Shown: positions 1-12,070 of the stretch, one piece after another
Numbering within the stretch: the stretch's first letter is position 1
Layout of the letters: every line of letters begins with the position of its first letter
From: Ylistrum balloti
Lineage: Eukaryota
Reading direction: 5' to 3'
Assembly: GCF_031769215.1 (NCBI RefSeq)
Contig: NW_026782437.1
Location: forward strand, 1,736,001-1,800,000
Length of the DNA stretch: 64,000 nucleotides
Program-made: the position numbers and the translations under genes
The notes under the pieces: generated by a model
What the model was told of the DNA's origin: nothing
Database searches by the model: none
Seen by the model: only the letters and a program-made list of their open reading frames with translations

Positions 1-97
1 ATTGAAAACAGTCATTTAATACACTAAAAGAGCATACCAAGTATAAAATCTTCAGGATTCTACCAATAATTCCTTTTTCATCACCACTGAATTTCAG

Positions 98-1630
98 CCT
101 ACAGTATGGAAGGAACTGTTACTAGCAGCTATTGGGGAACAGTTGTCCGATAACATGGCGGATGGTAAGTCAGACTACCTGTTTCCATTATTTTTAACCA
201 TTAATGAGATCAAGTCTTTCTTAAGCCACAATAGAAAAGTGTATAAGTGGAAATCCAGGCAAATATATCATGGTGAAAGATAAAGAAAAAAAATACAGAT
301 AAAAAATTGCTTAGGAAATGAAAAGTGGAACTGCATACTGCTTCAGTATCTGATTGGTGAGGTGGGAGGCTAGATATGTTTTAGCTTTAGTTTTCATCGG
401 ATTGGTTACAGGAAATGAGGTGGGAGGGGTTTACAAATCAAATTATCACCTGATTGGTTACAGGAGATGAGGTGGTAGGATTGTACATATCATTGTGTCA
501 TCTGATTGGTTAGAGCAGACGAGTTGTATATAAAAATAGTGTCATTTGATTGGTTTCAGGAGATGGGATTGGAGGGCTGGACAAATTATAGCATTATCTG
601 ATTGGTTACAGGAGATAGGACGGGAAGGCTTGACATAGTATCATTTAATTGGTTACAGGAGATGGGGTGGGAGGGCTGTATATGATAATAGTGTCATCTG
701 ACTTGTTACAGGAGATGAAGTGGGAGGGCTGAGTATCAGTGTAAGAGAGAGAGATGACATTATTCAGATCTGGAATAAGCAGTCAAACCTCCATGAACAG
801 TCCACTATTGTTGCCAAGGTGAAGGAGCTTCTCCCTAATGTCAATTTTACTGCAGTCTTTTACAAAGGTAAGGTTTATACATACTTCATAGAAGTTTTGT
901 TATATATCATAATGACTTTTGATTATTCAGTTCATCTAGTGTGGACCTTTCCAGAGTTCAAAAACTATTATTTTCTCATTGAATTTTGCATCTAAAATGC
1001 ACTAGACCGAAATGGTATTCATTTGGTCTAGGGCATTTCCTAGTTGGCAGTTGACACATGAGGAAACAATCATAATAAGTAGAGGTGAAGGACTAGTACA
1101 ACAAATGTAGGAAACAATTGAAAATTGATTTATTAAGGTACACTTTCAGGTCTGTTGGGACCTTTAAACCAAAATCGGTTTTGAACATCTTTAGCAATGT
1201 CAATAAACGTGTTAACAGAGGTATGGCACCCAACTGCTTCCACATTCCTGAGATCAGGAAAAAAGGTCCAGTAATGAACAAGGAAAAGTGAATGTTGAAT
1301 AACTTTCTCCTTGACTATAGATAAAGGGATTGAGACATCCTTTTTGGACCAACTGTTTTATCAAAACAAAAGCTTTGTCCCTCTTGACAACAACCTCACT
1401 TTATTATCATATACATAATAATGTAACCTTTTTATGCACATGGACTTAAAAGACTACCACTGAGACTTACTTATAACCTCCTAGCTGGCTGTCCATATCT
1501 AGACATGGGGAGAAATCAAAATATTGTCTCTCTGTTTTCATGTTGTGTAGGGTTTATAAATATCCATGGTCTTTTGTTTGCAGCTTTCCAAACACACCAA
1601 GCATTTGAAGGAGAGAAAAGACTTACCTGA
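98..1630 (+). CDS. EIF4E3: Eukaryotic translation initiation factor 4E type 3, last three coding exons (98-164, 712-867, 1584-1630); 5' part outside window
   Basis: GT-AG exons splice in frame to [44 protein letters not shown]...FTAVFYK-AFQTHQAFEGEKRLT*. This matches the class III eIF4E C-terminus ([42 protein letters not shown]). Confidence 0.93.
345..735 (+). repeat. ~50-bp tandem repeat (about 8 copies) spanning the eIF4E3 intron/exon acceptor junction
   Basis: Variants of ctgattggttacagGAGATGAGGTGGGAGGGCTG at ~349, 399, 450, 501, 547, 598 and 646. The last copy (698) contains the real acceptor ttgttacag|gagatgaagtgggagggctg. Confidence 0.9.
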
Positions 1631-2694
1631 ACTTTTCATTAACCCTACAGACAAATACTATTCTGTTGGAAAATGAAATGGAGCAAACATTTTGTGACAG
1701 TCTATGGCAGATGTTCTGTTGGTGCTTCTCGTTGAGAAAGTTGAGATTTAAATGCAGTGTCCAAGGAAAGGATAAAAAAATGAGTATACCTATTGAAAAA
1801 AAATGTGTGTGTTTCTACCGGTAACCATTCTATGTTGAGGGCGCAAATGTATGTGGGTGATTCCTATTAAAAAGATATGAACACTCTCCAATCTTATATC
1901 GATACATGTAATTATGTCACCATAGACATTGTGCTGACATCACAAATTCATTGTAAAAAATTGAGTGATTTTTTTGGCTGATGTTTAATCATATTGTGAA
2001 AGGACATGATTAAGTTAAGTTCATGTCATTTCCGCTTTTAATATTGCAGATAACAAAAAATTATACTAACGTGGGAAATCCTGGAGGAAACTTTTGTGGG
2101 ATAATGTTTTATTTTAGTGGTGATGACAAATCCTATGTTATAATCCATCTGAAATCCATGTTATGACCAACATCTTTCCTAGTCAGGTTTCATATCAGAC
2201 AAGAAACAAATGAACTTTGGGAGATAATTTAGGGAGAGTCTTTCTAAACTTAATCAGCACAAGCTTATCTGGGCTGTATTAAAGAGATCAGAATTTCTAA
2301 AACATTTGAAAGTTTTGAATACAATGTCATGCAAATTGAGAATTTTAATAGGTATGTTTTAATTGTGCTCTTTTAATACTGTTTGAATATTTGTGTTAAA
2401 ATGGTTCAAACATAGTATATACAGTTGTGATTATTCGGCTTCTGTGAGTTGTTTTGTATCTGTGATATTTGCAATGTTTAATTATAGTGATTACAGCCGT
2501 ATTTAATTTTTTAAATCGTGGAAGTTTTAATATGCAATTATTTTAAGACTGATTTCATTTAAACATGAAGAACAGTTATACTTTATCTGTTCAGTAAATT
2601 TTATACTTACCTGTACTAAAGAATTTTTTTTTTATTTCAAACCTATTGTACACCAAGAGAGTACCAGTATTCAGTTGCTTTACTTGTGAACTGT

Positions 2695-3045
2695 TGTTTG
2701 ATCCCCAGCAGGTAACTAGTGAAACCACTATTTGATCACCCGTCCACTGATAGCTAGAGGTTCACTGACCAGCCACTGGTTACTAGAGGAACATCACTTA
2801 ATCACCCACAGGTAACTAGGGGAACCAGTGTTTGATCACCCGTCCACTGGTAACTAGAGGTTGACTGTTTGACCAGCCACTGGTTACTAGAGGAACCACA
2901 CTGTTTAATCACCCACAGGTAACTAGGGGAACCAAAATGTTTGATCATCCACAGTTACTAGGGGAGCTACACTATTTGATCACCCACTAGTAACTAGGGC
3001 AACCACATTGTTTGATCACCCACTAGTAAATAGGGCAATCACATA
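2695..3045. repeat. ~36-bp minisatellite (ggtaactagaggaaccactgtttgatcacccac)
   Basis: About 10 diverged tandem copies, with a ~100-bp higher-order duplication (about 2730-2830 vs 2830-2930). Confidence 0.85.
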
Positions 3046-3199
3046 TAAATCACAGTCCAATTTTCTCTTATTACTTTTCAAATTTACTAGATAGTCATGA
3101 AAAATATTGAAATTCTCCTCCTTAACTTATTTCTCTGACTCAACCTGAAATACAACTTAAAAAGGTTCCAGTCATTCTGTCTGACTGAGAACATGGCAT

Positions 3200-3450
3200 G
3201 GAGGATATCTCTCAAGCCAGACATGATTGACTTAACAGGCTCCAGACAGGTGATAGCTCTGGAGCCAGACACAGATGATATCTTTGGGGCCAGGTATGAA
3301 GGATACCTGTGGGCCAGGCAAATATATCTGTGGGGTCAAACAGTTGATATCTCAAGGGCCTAGCATATAGGAAACGTCTCGAATTCGGCCACTTTTATAG
3401 GATGTCTCCAATGCCAGGCACCAGGAAATCTCTGAGGCTAGGAATGGAAG
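3200..3450. repeat. Degenerate ~24-bp tandem repeat (gatatctctggggccagaca)
   Basis: Recurring gatat(c)...ggccagg/gccagac motifs at short, regular spacing. Confidence 0.55.
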
Positions 3451-4100
3451 ATTTTACCCAGTGTCCAGTAATGTTGATTATGTAATCACACAAATTTTTC
3501 AGCCAATGAAATTAGTGTTAACTAGATTGGTCTGTTCTGTCATGTCCTGTTGCATCCTGTTTTGAACCAATGTTAAATCTTGAGAACCTTTCATCAGATT
3601 TGGTTTACAATTACTTAATAGTATTATAGCATCATGTTGAACGCTTGCTGTGACTGATTCAAGCTATTTATATGCAAGTTCTACACAGTGTTATATTACG
3701 GCAGTCAGTGTCAAGATTAAAGGGTCAAAAGTCACTTTTGACAACTTTGCGAATTCCTCAAACAAGGATACATATGTACATGGGAGTCTGGCATTCATAA
3801 TTTACAACGTATAGTTTTTGTCAAAAGTATTTGAATCTATATATAATACAGGATTTTATTTAGAAATCATTATAAAAATGTTGGGAAAAAATTGTTGCAG
3901 AAGAAAATATTTTTCATATGAAAGTGAATATAGCAGGAAATAATGTACATTTCTATTTTTCATTCTTGATATCATCCACCTTTCTTCAACGAATATCATA
4001 TCATGGGGAATTATCAGATTATGCATATCCATTGGCTCTTGTGAAGCATTTATTATTTGTTTACAGCTTGGATGGCAAGGATGGATTTCGTGGGATTTTC

Positions 4101-4143
<43 letters not shown>

Positions 4144-6907
4144 TCATTTTCAAGTCTATGCATTCCTTGCCTTCAGTAGAATCATTCCTGTATATATCTA
4201 CCAAATAGAATCAATCTGGTATTTGTAGACCTCACTTTAATGTCTTGCTTTCTCTCACATCACACATGTTTATATAAGAGTAAAATACTTGTATATAACA
4301 CAAGAGTAGGTAGTACTATGTGGGAGGTCAGATATTTTTATATAAAGGACAATTATAACTATTTAAAGTGTACTTACGCATGATATGTATTTACAACCCT
4401 AAACTGATGACCCAGTTTTTTTACACTGAGCCAGTATACATCACAGTAAAGGGCAGTAACTCTTCTGGTCTAGTCATCTTAAATTTCTTCTGTCTCTGTT
4501 TGGAGATGAAGCGTCAATTAAGTGGTTCTAAAGGTAATCTAACACTATACAAGATTTTAAATGTCCAATCCAGGTTCTGAGAAGATTTGGTAATATGCTT
4601 TCTCAGTATTAGATGACGACTAAGTGAGGAATTGACAGTGACAATGAAGTGGTAGTTTAATCTGTTATCTAGTAATTTGTAAAACTTATAGAATAAAATT
4701 AATGAATTGAAATGAATTGTGTTAATAAAGTAAATATTGGGTTTTGGATAAGCTGACCATGGACTTATTGAAGTGGTCCAAGGAGCAACAGTCACATGTT
4801 TTATTACATCATTGTCCCTGCAAACATATGAATTGTTTTTATTTGTGAACTTCTATAATATTAATCTCTTATGATGTAATTATATATCAATTAGCTTAAA
4901 AACTTGTGTAGATATTGACCTTACAACAGTGACAGTAGATGGTTACAAGATGACATAACTGTTATATCTGTAGGAAACATTTGTGATCAGAAAAGGGAAA
5001 AAACTATTGTTTGATTATAAATTTGTTTCTTTATCTTAGGAGTTAGATAAAAGTTGGAGCTTTATCGAGCACTTCGTGCCTCACTGGTGTGAAATGTTTT
5101 ATATTCATTAAGATTGTATCTGTATATGAAATGGAAACTGATGCTGTGTATTAACTTGGATATGTACAATAATTGATTTAGTAGGAAACTAATAAACAGA
5201 AATAACATTTCATTTTTTGCTCACATTTTTCATCTCCTAATCTGTTAATAGGTCAAGGTTTACCTGATGAAAGTCAAGTCCTAAGCTAGCATATCTGACA
5301 GATCAAAGTCACTAGAAACTCTGTTATACTTTTTATTTTTATTTTATTTTATGAAGTACCACTGGATTGTTAAATAACAGCATCAAATTTTTAAGGTTAC
5401 TAAAATTCCTTTTTGTTGTTGAAGTTTTCCAGTTTTAAAATTTGATATATTTTGAAGTGTTGTAGTGATGTTTATTTTGGAAGTAGTTGAAGAGGTATAC
5501 ATTATGTATATTGGAATGGGTGTGGGGAATTAAGGTTACTAGATCTATCTTATTGTTAACAGACTGGTTATTTTATTGACGATGGTGAGCTCTGCTCTTA
5601 ACCTGCATAGTTATGATAAGAGTTTTATACTTTTGTTTCCTTTTTTATACTATGATTCTGTAACTTTAAAGAAACAGTATTGTCAGGTATTAATTTGTTT
5701 AAATTGTGGTAGTTTTAGTTTTTGTATGTTATGTTTGTATTACAGAAATCCAATGATTATATACATATGCTATTGTATAGTAGTTATCATTATATGTTAT
5801 TGTGGTGCTTCTAACTTTGTTTGTTTGTTTCCTGGAAACCAAGATTCAGGAAATCGGATGTAAATTTCAATGCTGAATCTTATTATAGGAAAATTGAGGT
5901 ATGTGTTTTAGAGATTATAAGAGGAATTACTTTAAGGACAGTTATTTAGATGCTAGTGATCTGGACAATCTACCTATACAAAATGATTTTTTAAAAATAT
6001 TTCATGAACATTCAAGGATAAAGACATCCAAACTGTCAATCACATGGACTAAGTATTTATGTTGGAAATTACGTGATTTATAGAGTTTGATTCAGGTTGA
6101 ACTTTTCTGAGTGGTGTTCTGTGGTATAAATGAGAGGAATATTGTTGATTGTTGCTAAGATATGTTTTGTGAATCAAGATACTCTTATTTTAACTAACAC
6201 AAGTTTTAATTAAACACATTGTTAGGTATTTAAATATGACTATTAATATTTTCGTGATGGCAAACCGAAGATTTCAAGTTTTATATCATTGCAAAAACAT
6301 CTAAGGTATTATAATTGTTCAAACTTACTGTTTTTATCCACAATTAAGCTTAGCCTACGACTGCAATAAGCCCACCATATCTTTTGCTGTTTGGTAAAAT
6401 TAATGCTAGTTAATGCCTCCACCTGACTTTGTGTCCATGGTAATGTGTTGATCCCCTGAGCTTATTGTAAAGAATAAAGCCCCTATTGGAAGCTCCCCAG
6501 CCCAATTGTTTTGTGTCTGTGATAATGTGTCAGCCTCCTGGGATTCTTACAGGATAGTGGAAAATGGTTCCTAACCTGTTATACATCTACAAGGGCAACT
6601 GTCATGTTATCAGTTGGAGGATATCATCTGTTTTGTTTTTTCTCTGCTAGAGATGTTTTAATTTGATACTAAATTACAAATTGACCTAGAGAATGATAAG
6701 GATGGGGTCTCCATTTGTCCACACTTTTTAGACCAATGAGAAAGATATTGTTCTTGGGAGTGATTAGCTGTCTACCAAACATTTTTCATTGCTAACTTGA
6801 CTGTTATGTCAGAAGTAAAAATCTTACTTTGGTGTTATTTCTTAGTATTGCTCATTTTCCCTAAATAGCAAGTTATTTTCTTGAAGTGAAAATAAAAATG
6901 GGACATT

Positions 6908-6977
6908 AATGATCCATATGTGCTAGCTATCACATGGAAGTTTAATGATCCATATGTGCTAGCTATCACATGGAAGT
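6908..6977. repeat. Perfect 35-bp tandem duplication
   Basis: taatgatccatatgtgctagctatcacatggaagt occurs twice, adjacent. Confidence 0.9.
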
Positions 6978-7169
6978 ATAGGCACCCAGAAGGACACCCC
7001 TTCTGGTCAGTTTCGAAGAGATGTTTAATGATATTTTCATTGTAGACAGAATGGTCTGTATGAATGATGGGATATCAGTTAATTGTCTTATAACATAAAG
7101 AGATTAACTAGATGTTTGTATAATATCTATACTATTTGTATGTATGTTGGCATGTCAAGAGTTGTATTA

Positions 7170-7930
7170 AAGCATACAAATCGTATGATTACCATAACAT
7201 TGATGTAGCATACAAATTGTATGGCTACCAAAATGCTGATGTATTGTAGCATACAAATTGTATGGCTACCAAAATGATGATGTATTGTTGCATACAAATT
7301 GTATGGCTACCAAAATGTTGATGTTTTGTAGCATACAAATTGTATGGCTACCAAAATGTTGATGTATTATAGCATACAAACTGGCTACCAAAATGTTGAT
7401 GTATTATGTAACATACAAATTGTAAGACTACCAAAATGATTATTTACTTTAGCATTCAAATTGTATGGCTACCAAAATGCTGATGTATTATAGCATGCAA
7501 ATTGTATGACTACCAAAATGTTGATGTATTATGTAACATACAAATTGTATGGCTACCAAAATGCTGATGTATTATAGCATGCAAATTGTATGACTACCAA
7601 AATGTTGATGTATTATGTAACATACAAATTGTATGGCTACCAAAATGTTGATGTATTATGTAACATACAAATTGTATGGCTACCAAAATGCTGATGTATT
7701 ATAGCATGCAAATTGTATGACTACCAAAATGTTGATGTATTATGTAACATACAAATTGTATGGCTACCAAAATGTTGATGTATTATGTAACATACAAATT
7801 GTATGACTACCAAAATGTTTATGTATTATGTAACATACAAATTGTATGGCTACCAAAATGTTTATGTATTATAAAATATACTAAATGTATGGCTACCTGA
7901 ATGTTGTTGTATTTCAGCATACCAATTATA
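7170..7930. repeat. 41/43-bp minisatellite with a palindromic core
   Basis: About 18 copies of catacaaattgtatggctaccaaaatgttgatgtattat(gtaa/ag). The core CATACAA-A-TTGTATG is a perfect inverted repeat. Confidence 0.95.
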
Positions 7931-7950
7931 TGAATACTGGTAGGTCATTG

Positions 7951-8662
7951 TTATACCCCTTGCAAAGGAGTTGGGAGGAGAGATTATACTGGAATCACAC
8001 TGGGTGTCTGTCATCCACAAATATTATTGAGAGTTGCCTCTTAAATCAGTGAACCGATTTCAATGAAACTGAATATCAGTATATTAAGGATCATATGTAA
8101 ATGTACATTAGAAAGCAAAACAAAAATTGTTTACGTAATATTGGTTGTCATGTTTAGAACTAATTCCAATGAAACTTCATAATATCAATAAAAGGGTCAT
8201 ATGTAAAATGTGCAAGCATTATTATTATTTTTTTTTTTTCCATATCTTTGATTGCCATGGTATTTGAAAACAGGTTTATTTTATTATAAAAGGCCATTTC
8301 TCTTTGGTCATTCAACAGGGTTTTTTTGGCTATACCATTATAAAGCAGAGTTAATTGGACATGAACAAGGAGTCAACTGACTCAATGTAAAGGTCATTGC
8401 CTCAAAGTTAAAGGTAAGGGGTCAAGGTCAAATTTTGTATCTTTTCACTGATGCATATTTTATTAAGGCATTATGGAGCAAAGTTAGTTGGAATTGAATA
8501 AGGAGTCAACTTATCAAAAATCAAGGTCATTGGGTCTGAGCTCAAGGTCAATGTTTGGTCAATATCTGCCATAGTTTTAAACACAAACCCTAATAATTTT
8601 CCACAAAGCTAGCAACCCAAATGTGGGGAGTCTAAGCTAGCCCCTAGACAGCATTTCTAGTT
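7951..8662 (+). mobile_element. Non-autonomous Helentron-associated element (HINE-like)
   Basis: Starts ttatacccc...tatactggaatcac...gtctgtc, carries internal tcaaggtca motifs, and ends in a short hairpin plus ctagtt. This layout is typical of bivalve HINEs. Remnants of the 41/43-bp array resume after it. Confidence 0.65.
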
Positions 8663-9760
8663 TTAGAATAACAAAGTACAATTTGTATGTATGGTGGTAT
8701 GTGAGAGTGTTGTTGTAACATACAAATTGTACATGTGGATACTACTATATCATACAATGTGTGGGTAATAGTTTATTTTGTATTTGTGTTTAGAATTACA
8801 ACATACAACATGGGGCAGGTTGATGTATTATAACATAAACTGTGTAACAAGTGGGATTCAGGTGTTGAAAAAGGTTGGTTGAAGCATATGATTTACATAT
8901 TATTTACAGCACATCTGTAGGCTTTACTTTGAACAGGTTTCAAATTGATCCATAGTCAATAGCATATTCTTAAAAGATCATTAAAAAGAATGACATTCAT
9001 GCTAGTTGGTTTCATGCCATGTTTATACTTCAATAAGCCCCATTTCATGTAATCAACCTTCTCATTGGAATAGACAACATTCAAGCTAGTTAAACTTGAC
9101 ATATAAATCCTTCAATAAGCCCCATGTTGTGTAATCACTTTTCTCTTACCTATAGATATATCTGGGGATCAGAGGTTAAGCATTGGCCCCTTGGGCTTAT
9201 TGAAGGATAGATGTTGTCAAGGCTCATGCTGCTGATACTGATGCAGTTCACATCGGTGAAAAGTTGAAAACTGGAAATGTGAGCCTCCAGGAAGTAGACC
9301 TTATGAGGTTCATGTTAGTGGTGTCCTTTAGGGACAGTTGTAAGACATGTATCTGAAGTTTATGGTCAGAATGAATCACTCAAGTTTAAAACTCATCAAA
9401 GATCAAGTTTTCATTTTCAGTGGGTTTTTAACTTGGCGTGTTGATAACTACTGTTAAGGTTTTCACATGTGTATAATGCCAAGAAATCTCACAAACATCA
9501 CTTATTTTTGTTAGATATATATATATCTACTACCATCCTTGTTCTTCCTTACATGATTCAATATACCTTTTGAATTACCATAGCCTCCTACATATCCTCC
9601 AACATCTATGTACAAGCCAGCCCCTGTCACATCCTTGTCAGTCTCACTTAAATCATTGTAGGCCCCTATATACCCTTTTGGATCATTGTTGATCATATAT
9701 ACCTGCCTACATCATTCTTGGTCCCTATACACCCATCTTTATCAGTGTTGGTCCATGTAT

Positions 9761-10990
9761 ACCACTTACATCATTGTAGGCCCCAGTATTACCACCTACA
9801 TCATTGTAGGCCCCTATATAACCACATACGTCATTGTAAGCACCTACTTAACCACCTTTATCATTGTAGACCCCTATACATCCACTTTTATCATTGTAGG
9901 CCTCTATTTAACCACCTACATCATTGTAAGCCCCTATATAACCACCTACATCATTGTAGGCCCCTATATAACCACCTACATCATTATAGGCCCCTATATA
10001 ACCACCTACATCATTGCAGGCCCCTATATAATCACCTACATCATTGTAGGCCCCTATATCACCACCTACATCATTGTAGGTCCCTATATCACCACCTTTA
10101 TCATTGTCGACCCCTATATCACCACCTTTATCATTGTAGGCCCCTATATCACCACCTACATCATTGTAGGCCCCTATATCGCCACCTACATCATTGTAGG
10201 TCCCTATACATCCACCTACATCATTGTAGGCCCCTATATCACCACCTACATCACCGTAGGCTCCTATATAACCACCTACATCATTTTAGGCCCCTATACA
10301 TCCACCTACATCATTGTAGGCCCCTATATCACCACCTTTATCATTGTAGGCCCCTATATAACCACCTACATCATTGTAGGCCCCTATATAACCACCTACA
10401 TCATTGTAGGCCCCTATACATCTACCTACATCATTGTAGGCCCCTATATAACCACCTACATCATTGCAGGCCCCTATATAATCACCTATATCATTGTAGG
10501 CCCCTATATCACCACTTACATCATTGTAGGTCCCTATATCACCACCTTTATCATTGTCGACCCCTATATCACCACCTTTATCATTGTAGGCCCCTATATC
10601 ACCACCTACATCATTGTAGGCCCCTATATCGCCACCTACATCATTGTAGGCCCCTATATCACCACCTTTATCATTGTAGGCCCCTATATAACCACCTACA
10701 TCATTGTAGGCCCCTATATCACCACCTTTACCATTGTAGGCCCCTATATAACCACCTACATCATTGTAGGCCCCTATATCACCACCTGCATCATTGTAGT
10801 CCCCTATATAACTACCTACATCATTGTAGGCCCCTATATCACCACCTTTATCATTGCAGGCCCCTATATCACCACCTTTATCATTGTAGGCCCCTATATC
10901 ACCACCTTTATCATTGCAGGCCCCTATATCACCACCTTTATCATTGTAGGCCCCTATATCACCACCTACATCATTGTTGACTCCTGTATA
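9761..10990. repeat. 30-bp minisatellite, about 41 indel-free units
   Basis: Consensus accacctacatcattgtaggcccctatata with an internal inverted repeat CCTACA-tcat-TGTAGG. Degenerate copies extend left to ~9550. Confidence 0.97.
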
Positions 10991-11735
10991 CTTGCCTACA
11001 TTATTATTGGTTTGCTTTATAGAGTGACAGATGTTTGGGTTGGTAGTCTGGCAGATGAGTTCAAGAATGTGTGATGATTTATTTTAGAGATGAAAGAAAT
11101 TGATAACTTGGTCTTGTTTTAGGAATAACAAATAAAATGACCTAAAAATGCATAGATTTGTTGTTAAGTTTTCTTTTACACCCAACCTTTCACATATATA
11201 AACACATAACCACCAAGATTTTGATTTAGGTCAAGTGTAGGATATGCAGTTTAGATTGAGATATTGTTGATGTGTGGGATATGTAGGTTACGAAATGTTT
11301 TGATTTTGGTATTGTAGAGTATGTAGTATATGGAATATGTAGTTAATGATTTAATGCTATAGTGTATGGGTTATATAATTTAAGGTAATATCCAGATTTT
11401 AACATATATTATTACGGCTGTGTAGTATATAGAATTTGTAGATTTTCATACTGTAATATGTGCAGTTTATGGAATATATATGTTTTGGTATTGGATATGT
11501 GTGTAATGTAGTATATAGGAAGTAAGATTCCGTTTAGGTAGTGTTTGGGATATGTAGTTTTCAATTAAATTATGCAATCAATAGCCTATGATATTTTGGA
11601 AAATTTGTTCAAAATTTTATATCAATGTGACAAGTCTATTTTTTACAATACTGTAGAAGAAAAGTCTGTGATGTCAGTCACTTATATCATCAGTAGTAAC
11701 TCAAAGTGGGATACCCGCAAAAACAAAATGACACT

Positions 11736-12070
11736 TCAGTACCTGGTGTGGCCACCTCTTGCATGAATCCTTGCATGGATTCTCTTATGCATTGAATTCA
11801 TGAGAACATTAACTCGCCTTAAGAGAATGTTGTTCCATTCTTGTGTTAATGCCGAGATCAACCAGGTGCGGTTAGTTTTGGGGTTTTGATGTTTCCTTAC
11901 ACACCTGTCCAGCTCATCCCACTGAAGCTTAATGGGAGACATGTCGGGGTTATATGGGGACCATTCCAGAGGCTGAACATTGTTTGCCGTGAAAAAATGC
12001 GGTGGAGCATTGTCCTGCTGGAAAATTAGGTTATGATGTCTGAGAAATGGAAGAACAGTGGTGATTGGGA
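11736..12070 (-). mobile_element. Tc1/mariner transposase relic (C-terminal DDE part)
   Basis: Minus strand reads FQQDNAPPH...LEWSPYNPDMSPIKLQWDELDR...QEWNNI...NSMHKRIHA...RGGHTRY*, i.e. the Tc1 QDNA, WPxxSPDLNPIE and GGxTxY motifs, degraded. Confidence 0.88.

Noticed and set aside
7170-10990. CRISPR-like arrays (palindromic repeats)
   Set aside because: No unique spacers, no cas genes and a eukaryotic context; these are head-to-tail minisatellites.
9686-11074. 462-aa and 420-aa ORFs as genuine genes
   Set aside because: They start at TTG, overlap in two frames and are fully explained by a stop-free 30-bp repeat unit. Kept only as a repeat and a finding.
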